The translations under genes and the position numbers were made by a program. From Candidatus Iainarchaeum sp. (GTDB lineage: Archaea; Iainarchaeota; Iainarchaeia; Iainarchaeales; Iainarchaeaceae): a stretch of DNA of 14,356 nucleotides. Every line of letters starts with the position of its first letter. Within the stretch, counting starts at the first letter, position 1. A model generated the notes under the pieces. That model ran no database searches, had not been told where the DNA came from, and was given only the letters and a program-made list of their open reading frames with translations. This document shows, piece after piece, positions 7,500 through 13,324 of this stretch. The DNA is taken from positions 1-14,356 of the forward strand of contig JBDRLP010000037.1 of NCBI GenBank assembly GCA_043812975.1, given 5' to 3'.

Positions 7500-8369
7500 A
7501 TGGCAAAAAAGAAAGGCAGGGTTGTTGTGCCTGTGAGGTTTCCCACGATTAGTGATACGCCAACCAGAACTAAGTTGTTTCTTACTCCTAAGCAGATTGA
7601 ACAAATGAGGGCTAATTCCCGTTTCATTGAAGCAAAACACGTGGATTATCAGCCTTTGAGGCTTCCAACAGGAGAAGTGATTAAATCAGTTAGTTTGCAG
7701 GGAAAAAAAGGCGCGTTAGCTCACATGATGGCTGCAAAATCATCACATTTCCTAATTGGAATGAGCCAAAGAAAGCTTGATGAATTCCACAGGATAAACG
7801 ATGCCCTGAAGAAAAAAGGGGTTCCAGTGGTTAGAATTCTTGAGGATTACAAAGGAAAAAAGCCTGGTGAAAGGCTTGTGCTGATTGAAGGAGAAAAATC
7901 CACTCTATATAACCTCAACAGGGATTCTCCTAATGGTTTGCCTATTGCAGATGCAAAAAAGTATTTCGAAGCACTAGGAACACTTCATTCTCTTGGAGTT
8001 TCCCATAATCATCCCCACTTAGGTAATTTTTTCAGGAGAAACGGAAAAGCAGGGGTTTTTGATTTCAGTAACGTGAAATTTGGCAATGTTGACTGGAAAT
8101 CCCCAGAACGAATAATTGATTTTTTCCAAGTTGATTATAGTGTAGCGCTTGACAATTTCTTAATGACTGCTGTTAGAAACAAGAGGCTTCAAGAAAGAAT
8201 AAAACAGGAACAAATAGGAGATGTTTTACAAGAACTAGTAAAACCTTTACCTGCAAGCCAACGCGTGAAACAGGTTTTGGTGGAAGAACTAGAAAATTCT
8301 TTTTTCGATGTCCTAATCCCTCATTATAGAGAACATGGTTTCTTTAAAACACATAAAATGGACATCTGA
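7500..8369 (+). CDS. Protein-kinase-like fold protein (RIO/Kdo/APH-like) with atypical catalytic loop
   Basis: LKKKGVPVVRIL...LGTLHSLGVSHNHPHLGNFF...GVFDFS resembles HxDxxxxN plus DFG. Start at ATG 7500 (MAKKK). Confidence 0.65.
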   Translation: MAKKKGRVVVPVRFPTISDTPTRTKLFLTPKQIEQMRANSRFIEAKHVDYQPLRLPTGEVIKSVSLQGKKGALAHMMAAKSSHFLIGMSQRKLDEFHRINDALKKKGVPVVRILEDYKGKKPGERLVLIEGEKSTLYNLNRDSPNGLPIADAKKYFEALGTLHSLGVSHNHPHLGNFFRRNGKAGVFDFSNVKFGNVDWKSPERIIDFFQVDYSVALDNFLMTAVRNKRLQERIKQEQIGDVLQELVKPLPASQRVKQVLVEELENSFFDVLIPHYREHGFFKTHKMDI

Positions 8370-8399
8370 AATTTTATTGTTTAATCCTCTCACTACCGG

Positions 8400-8439
8400 A
8401 AGCGTGGCTGTTCCGTTAATTTTGTCCTAGAATTCGTGC
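8400..8439 (+). repeat. Boundary repeat copy 2 (long form)
   Basis: AAGCGTGGCTGTTCCGTTAATTTTGTCCTAGAATTCGTGC. It contains the TAG stop (8427-8429, minus strand) of the Zn-ribbon ORF. Confidence 0.85.
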
Positions 8440-8549
8440 ATTTTCTCATTTGTAAACCCGCACCTATAACACTTGAAAGTAATTTTTCCTTTGAACGAAT
8501 TACTTTTGATTCTCGTGCTGTTGCAGGAGGGGCATTTTTTTGGCGGCAT
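8427..8549 (-). CDS. Zinc-ribbon microprotein (40 aa)
   Basis: MPPKKCPSCNSTRIKSNSFKGKITFKCYRCGFTNEKMHEF* has two CxxC motifs. AGGA lies 9 nt upstream of the ATG. Confidence 0.75.
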   Translation of the reverse strand: MPPKKCPSCNSTRIKSNSFKGKITFKCYRCGFTNEKMHEF

Positions 8550-8555
8550 AAAAGG

Positions 8556-8566
8556 TTGTCCTAAAA
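8556..8566 (+). repeat. Boundary repeat copy 3 (core only)
   Basis: TTGTCCTAAAA, identical to the cores at 8805 and 9917. The downstream TTCGTGC is absent. Confidence 0.6.
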
Positions 8567-8639
8567 AACAGGTAATTTTCCTGATCTCATAAAGAAAAAT
8601 AAGTTTCCCTTACTATTTAAGGCTTTTTGAAAAATGGAT

Positions 8640-8771
8640 TCATTTCTTTTTTTTCTTCCCAAAAACCCTTTGAAGTTCTTTCCTTAAATGTGCATCTTCT
8701 CTTCTTGCCCAAGTAGGATCAATCCCCGGAAGAAAACCCTGCTTTTTAACTGATTTCTTTTTTGGAGGCAT
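8640..8771 (-). CDS. Small Lys-rich hypothetical protein (43 aa)
   Basis: MPPKKKSVKKQGFLPGIDPTWARREDAHLRKELQRVFGKKKKK*, lying between repeat copies 3 and 4. Confidence 0.55.
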   Translation of the reverse strand: MPPKKKSVKKQGFLPGIDPTWARREDAHLRKELQRVFGKKKKK

Positions 8772-8794
8772 AAAAAAACAATTCATTCAAACAA

Positions 8795-8822
8795 TAAAAA
8801 CTTGTTGTCCTAAAATCCGCGT
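8795..8822 (+). repeat. Boundary repeat copy 4
   Basis: TAAAAACTTGTTGTCCTAAAATCCGCGT aligns without gaps to TAAAAACCTTTTGTCCTAAAATTCGTGC at 9907-9934. Confidence 0.8.
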
Positions 8823-8915
8823 ATTTGCATTCAATTTTTTTTGAAAAATTAACAATAGTTAATAATAACTAAAAAAGCAGTAATTAGTATAGTAAATAAA
8901 TCTGAGGTGGAAAAA

Positions 8916-9011
8916 ATGAATTGGAGAAAATTTGTAGCAGAAGTACCTAAGCATGTATTTGTGCCAAGGATAAGAAATAGTTCTATTAGGAGAAAATTAA
9001 TTTGGTTTTAG
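8916..9011 (+). CDS. Micro-ORF (31 aa), possibly a frameshifted or decayed gene
   Basis: GAGGTG SD just upstream of MNWRKFVAEVPKHVFVPRIRNSSIRRKLIWF*. Another frame continues as EKINLVLDEEYEFNELKNIFR*. Confidence 0.35.
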   Translation: MNWRKFVAEVPKHVFVPRIRNSSIRRKLIWF

Positions 9012-9062
9012 ATGAAGAATATGAGTTTAATGAACTCAAGAATATTTTTAGATAACTAAATC

Positions 9063-9092
9063 AAAAAAAAGTAAGTAAAGGGCAGAAGCCCT
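9063..9092 (-). terminator. Hairpin plus U-tract terminator
   Basis: Minus strand AGGGC-TTCT-GCCCT followed by TTACTTACTTTTTTTT, 10 nt after the stop of 9103-9261. Confidence 0.6.
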
Positions 9093-9102
9093 GTACTGGA
9101 TA

Positions 9103-9261
9103 TTATCCTTTGTTTGATAATTTATTTGACTTTACAAATGCCCAGATTTTTTTGGTCATTTCGCTTGGAGCTATTGGCTTGTTTCCGAAAATCTGCTCTG
9201 CAGTTTCTGTTCTGCCGGCAAAATTAATGGTATAGCCTCCAAATGCTGGTTTTCCTGCCAT
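9103..9261 (-). CDS. Small SWIB/MDM2-like protein (52 aa)
   Basis: MAGKPAFGGYTINFAGRTETAEQIFGNKPIAPSEMTKKIWAFVKSNKLSNKG*. Strong GAGGTGA SD and a downstream terminator. The segment IFG..PI..SE.TKKIW.FVK.NKL resembles the SWIB core helix. Confidence 0.7.
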   Translation of the reverse strand: MAGKPAFGGYTINFAGRTETAEQIFGNKPIAPSEMTKKIWAFVKSNKLSNKG

Positions 9262-9281
9262 AAGTTTCTCACCTCTTTAAT

Positions 9282-9324
9282 TATTAGTTCAAATTATTAG
9301 GCTTAGCTCTAATTTAAACTAATA
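9282..9324. promoter_or_regulatory. 15-bp imperfect inverted repeat (putative operator or hairpin)
   Basis: TATTAGTTCAAATTA-N13-TAATTTAAACTAATA, 14/15 complementary, just upstream of the SWIB-like gene. Confidence 0.45.
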
Positions 9325-9347
9325 CGTAAATATCCCTCTATTAGCTC

Positions 9348-9893
9348 TTAATTTTCGGTTAATTTATAGTATTTCCAGTAAAAATAGTTCATTATTGTAT
9401 ATGCAATAACCTGGAACCAAGTAAGCCAGAATACTCTGAACCCGAACGGCAGTAAAAAACCAAGCACTGTTGTCACGATTGCATAAACAGCAAAGTATTT
9501 AGTAATGCTTTTTTTCAGAATTACAATGCCTTTTTTTGCACTTATAAAAATTCTCGGCATGAAAGCTATTGCAACCCAGAAGGAAAACATTCCAATTTGA
9601 TTTGCATCAGGATTCCCCCAAGGAGAGTTCCCTATAACAAACCACTCAAAAGCTAACCCAAAAAAACCAAATAAAAAATAAAACAAAACATCAGCTTTCC
9701 TTCCACTCAAATGTTTGTCAACAAAACTATTCACAAGATAAACAAGTGCAAGATAAATCGGATAAAAAAATGAAGTAAAAATAAAATTCGAAACATTATT
9801 TGTTGCAAGAATATTGAACTGGAATTCAACAACCATTGCGAAAACAAAGCCGACTAAAACGAATTTCAGTAATTTATTCATAACTAAATTCAT
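9348..9893 (-). CDS. Hypothetical multi-pass membrane protein
   Basis: About 5-6 hydrophobic segments and a EWFVIGNSPWGNPDANQIGMF loop. The start may be 9881 instead. Confidence 0.75.
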   Translation of the reverse strand: MNLVMNKLLKFVLVGFVFAMVVEFQFNILATNNVSNFIFTSFFYPIYLALVYLVNSFVDKHLSGRKADVLFYFLFGFFGLAFEWFVIGNSPWGNPDANQIGMFSFWVAIAFMPRIFISAKKGIVILKKSITKYFAVYAIVTTVLGFLLPFGFRVFWLTWFQVIAYTIMNYFYWKYYKLTEN

Positions 9894-9902
9894 TGTTCTC
9901 GG

Positions 9903-9946
9903 AAGCTAAAAACCTTTTGTCCTAAAATTCGTGCAAAAGGTAGCTT
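9903..9946 (+). repeat. Boundary repeat copy 5, embedded in a hairpin
   Basis: TTGTCCTAAAATTCGTGC (9917-9934) flanked by ACCTTTTG/CAAAAGGT and AAGCT/AGCTT inverted arms. Confidence 0.85.
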
Positions 9947-9988
9947 TATTTTATATTAATGATATTTATGTTTAGAGGTTTTTGTTTA

Positions 9989-11890
9989 ATGCAGAGAAAA
10001 TATTTAGTATTGGTTTTATTTTTACTGTTTTTCTCAGGCCTTGTTTTTGCGAAAAGCTTCTCTTTTTCAGAAGTAAACCTCAAGTATGATTTTAACCCTG
10101 ATTCAAGCATTGAAGTTGAGGAAGAACTAACCTTCGATTTTTCAGGTTCGTTTAGTTTTGCTTATCGGGAATTTCTATTAGAGGGCTCTGAACGTATAGA
10201 AAACTTTCAGGTTTTTGAAAAAACAATTAATGGTTTAAAAAAACTCGAGCCAAAAATAACAAACAATCCTTTCAAAGCAACTTGGTATTACAAGGCATTA
10301 AACGAGAAAAAAACCTTTGTTCTAAAATACACTTTGAAAAATGCAGTAAAAGAATACAATGATGCTTATGAATTTTACTGGAAAATCTGGGGCCCTGAAT
10401 GGGATGCAAAAGTATCAAAACTAAATGCAACAATAAATTTTTCAAAGCCCCTTGCAGAAGGTTCAAAAGTCTGGTTACATCCATTACTTGATGCACGTTA
10501 CGATTTGAAAGGAGACACTCTAAAAATAACTGCAAACAACATTCCCGAATACACTTTCTTTGAAGCAAGAGTTTTATTCAATAAAGAAGTAATGTCCGGA
10601 ACTTTTGCTGAAAAAAAATCAGGTTCAGGAATTGAACAAGTTAATGCTGATGAACAAACAAACAGCATTCTTTACGGTGCTTTAGCTGCTCTTTGGCTAT
10701 GGCCGTTATTGGTTTTAATTCTGCTTACTTTTCTTTTCATTCACTTTTATTACAAGCATGGTGTTGAACCTGAAGTGCCAGAAGTTGGTTATGAAAGATT
10801 TATTCCTTTTGAAGACAAACCGTATTTAGTTGATTATTTAATGCACTTCAAAATCACCCAAAAAGGCATGATTGCCACTCTAATGGATCTCTCCAGAAGA
10901 GGCCACATAAAAATTGAGAAAGATAAAGAATCACTTTCAATATTTGGCGGTGACAATTATCGTCTCACGAAAGCCCAAGGCAAAGACGAGCTTTCAAATC
11001 CAGAGAAAGAACTTATTGATCTTGTTTTTAGGAAAAGTTCCCGCAAGGGTTGGTTTAATTCAGAAGAAAAAATTGTTGAAACAATAACCATGAAAGAAAT
11101 AATCAAAAGCCAAAAACACCAAACAACTTCAATCTTCTATAGATGGAAGTTATACGTCCAAGATCAAATAGTAACCAATAAAACCAAGAATCAATATCTT
11201 GACCTCACTGGTGAGAAAAATTTCTTCTATTCTTTGATAATCCTTGCTATTATCACAATTATTCTTAGTTTTACTTTCGGCGGTCCGCAGGGCTTTGCAA
11301 TAATTCATGCAACGATTTTTCCTGTATTAGCATTGAATTTAATCACAAAATCTTTGCATCAAGGCGGAGTAGCACTAAAAATCCAGTTTGCCTTTCTTAG
11401 TTTGTTGTTTTTAATTATGTCAATTGGTTTGTTGGTTCTTCTTCTTTTCAACCCATTTATCATAGGGTCTCTTGTAATAATTTTGTTTTACGGAATAACA
11501 CTGGTCTTTCCACGAACCCTGCCAAAAATGACTTATCTTGGAGCACAGCATTACTCGAGATGGAATGGTCTAAAAAAATACTTAACAGATTTTGGAAATA
11601 TCAAAGAAAAAATTCCTGAAGACATTATTCTTTGGGAACAATACCTTGTTTTTGCAACTGTTTTTGGAAACGCAGACAAAATAATTAAACACTTTGAAAA
11701 AGCATTAAAACTTTACAAAACTCAAAATCAGGCTGTTTATTCAACAACAAGCTTTGCAGTCTTTTCCAGTCCAGGATTCCACGCTTCATTCTCTTCAGGA
11801 TTTAACACCGCAAGTTCAGCCAATGCTTCAGGAGATTCTTCCGGCGGTGGCGGAGGAGGAGGCGGTGGCGGTGGTGGCGGAGCCGGCTAG
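9989..11890 (+). CDS. DUF2207 family membrane protein
   Basis: Signal peptide, then an extracellular domain (IEVEEELTFDF, EFYWKIWG.EWD), ATLMDLSRRGHIKI, TM helices, WEQYLVFATVFG and a Gly-rich GGGGGGAG tail. GAGGT SD precedes ATG 9989. Confidence 0.9.
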   Translation: MQRKYLVLVLFLLFFSGLVFAKSFSFSEVNLKYDFNPDSSIEVEEELTFDFSGSFSFAYREFLLEGSERIENFQVFEKTINGLKKLEPKITNNPFKATWYYKALNEKKTFVLKYTLKNAVKEYNDAYEFYWKIWGPEWDAKVSKLNATINFSKPLAEGSKVWLHPLLDARYDLKGDTLKITANNIPEYTFFEARVLFNKEVMSGTFAEKKSGSGIEQVNADEQTNSILYGALAALWLWPLLVLILLTFLFIHFYYKHGVEPEVPEVGYERFIPFEDKPYLVDYLMHFKITQKGMIATLMDLSRRGHIKIEKDKESLSIFGGDNYRLTKAQGKDELSNPEKELIDLVFRKSSRKGWFNSEEKIVETITMKEIIKSQKHQTTSIFYRWKLYVQDQIVTNKTKNQYLDLTGEKNFFYSLIILAIITIILSFTFGGPQGFAIIHATIFPVLALNLITKSLHQGGVALKIQFAFLSLLFLIMSIGLLVLLLFNPFIIGSLVIILFYGITLVFPRTLPKMTYLGAQHYSRWNGLKKYLTDFGNIKEKIPEDIILWEQYLVFATVFGNADKIIKHFEKALKLYKTQNQAVYSTTSFAVFSSPGFHASFSSGFNTASSANASGDSSGGGGGGGGGGGGGAG

Positions 11891-12495
11891 GAATCAAAAT
11901 TACTTTTTAATTCTGCTCCTAGGAATTTTGCCAAGGCCTTATCTGGTCTTTTTCTTCTCAAAGTAGTGAAGACATTGGATTTGCCGAAGAAACTTCCTAA
12001 ATCAATCTCGTTAGAACCATTAGTAATTGATAAACCCATTCCTTCTGCAAGATTTTCACTTTTAACAAAAACGTCTTTTCCAAGACTAATTTTTTTTCTA
12101 GGTAGTTCATTCATTTGTTTATCATAAACTCCTAGTTCTAATGAATTTTTTATCTTTTTTATGTATCCAAGGGCATAACCAGCGTCAGTCATAATCCCTA
12201 ATTTTCGTAATATTGAAACAATAATAATCATTGCTATAAATGTTGGTACAGCAAGTCCAAGAACAAGTCCAAAAAGTGATAAAATAAACAAAATTATTAT
12301 AATAATCTCAGGCAAATATGAGGATAGTGTTTCTCTTGCTTGAAAAAGAAGCCAACCCAACACACTTGCGGTTGCAATTCCAAATAACCCCGAAATTATT
12401 GTTACTAAATCTTCTATTAGACTTTGATTTTTTGAAATAGCAGTCATAACCACTAGTATTCCTGCTGATTTGCTTCCAAAATCTATTTCTAACAT
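11887..12495 (-). CDS. Hypothetical membrane protein
   Basis: Two to three N-terminal hydrophobic helices and a soluble C-terminus. Start uncertain. Stop overlaps the DUF2207 stop by 4 bp. Confidence 0.6.
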   Translation of the reverse strand: MLEIDFGSKSAGILVVMTAISKNQSLIEDLVTIISGLFGIATASVLGWLLFQARETLSSYLPEIIIIILFILSLFGLVLGLAVPTFIAMIIIVSILRKLGIMTDAGYALGYIKKIKNSLELGVYDKQMNELPRKKISLGKDVFVKSENLAEGMGLSITNGSNEIDLGSFFGKSNVFTTLRRKRPDKALAKFLGAELKSNFDS

Positions 12496-12591
12496 TATAA
12501 TGTAATAGGCCGCATTCTATTAATTTTTTCCCATTTGATTCAAAAATCCCAGAGTGCTTAAGAGGCAAGTTTTATAGTCACCTCAATAATA

Positions 12592-12604
12592 GTTATGTAG
12601 CATT
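12592..12604. repeat. 13-bp intergenic sequence, inverted copy of 5364-5376
   Basis: GTTATGTAGCATT is the exact reverse complement of AATGCTACATAAC. Confidence 0.45.
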
Positions 12605-12643
12605 AAGTTTGGTTAGATAAGTTTTTTGCTCTTATTTTGCTTT

Positions 12644-13324
12644 ATGGTTGATGTTTCTGTTGTAATGCCTTGCCTCAATGAGGGGAAAACAGTGGGCATC
12701 TGCATTCAAAAAGCTAAAAAAGTTTTCAAAGAACTCGGTTTGAAAGGCGAGGTTATTGTTTCTGACAATAATTCTACTGATAATTCTATTTCTGTTGCGA
12801 AAAACCATGGCGCTATTGTTGTAAAGCAGCCAATTGCAGGTTATGGTGCTACTTATCTGAAAGGATTAGGAATTGCTAAAGGAAAGTTCATTGTAATTGC
12901 TGATTCCGACAACACTTACGATTTTTCAGAAATGCCAAAGTTCATTAAACAACTTGATGAAGGTTATGACTTTGTCATTGGCAACAGGTTTCTTGGAAAA
13001 ATGGAAAAAGGTTCAATGATTTTTTTGCATAAGTATATCGGCAACCCTTTACTTAATTTTGTTTTCAATATTTTTTTTTACACTGATTTGGGAGACACAC
13101 ATTGCGGTTTCCGAGCTTTCACCAAAAATGCTTTCAAAAAAATCAACCCGAAAACCCATGGCATGGAGTTCGCGCTTGAAATGATTGTGAACGCAGCCAA
13201 ACTCAACCTTAAAATCGCCGAGGTTCCTGTGAATTATTACAAAAGAGATTCCCCTTCTAATCTTCGGTCTTTCAGCGACGGAGCGAGGCATGTTTCATTA
13301 ATGTTGCATGAGTGGCTTAAGTAG
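12644..13324 (+). CDS. Family 2 glycosyltransferase (DPM1-like)
   Basis: VSVVMPCLNE, VSDNNSTD, GYGA, ADSDNTYD (DxD), GNRF and DTHCGFRAF motifs. ATG 12644. Confidence 0.92.
   Translation: MVDVSVVMPCLNEGKTVGICIQKAKKVFKELGLKGEVIVSDNNSTDNSISVAKNHGAIVVKQPIAGYGATYLKGLGIAKGKFIVIADSDNTYDFSEMPKFIKQLDEGYDFVIGNRFLGKMEKGSMIFLHKYIGNPLLNFVFNIFFYTDLGDTHCGFRAFTKNAFKKINPKTHGMEFALEMIVNAAKLNLKIAEVPVNYYKRDSPSNLRSFSDGARHVSLMLHEWLK

Noticed and set aside
8309..8316. TGTCCTAA partial match to the repeat core
   Set aside because: It lies inside the kinase-like CDS and lacks the flanking conservation, so it is probably chance.
6070..9295. AGTTCAAATT recurring at ~6070, ~7419 and ~9286 upstream of minus-strand genes
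   Set aside because: It is an AT-rich 10-mer at inconsistent distances from start codons, which is too weak to call a promoter element.
6563..9946. CRISPR array interpretation of the repeats
   Set aside because: Spacing is highly irregular (134 bp to 1.8 kb), the intervals contain genes, and no cas genes are present.
6563..9946. Classical integron attC sites
   Set aside because: I could not find the RYYYAAC...GTTRRRY boxes with 57-141 bp imperfect palindromes at these positions, and there is no intI in the window.
6563..9946. Intact IS or MITE with terminal inverted repeats
   Set aside because: All copies are in the same orientation, with no transposase and no target-site duplication. IS-end scars cannot be fully excluded without an ISfinder search.
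11843..11887. GGC/GGT/GGA-rich tract
   Set aside because: It encodes the Gly-rich tail typical of DUF2207 proteins.
13298..13324. 27-bp tail-to-tail overlap of GT2 and flippase
   Set aside because: Short convergent overlaps are common in compact archaeal genomes.
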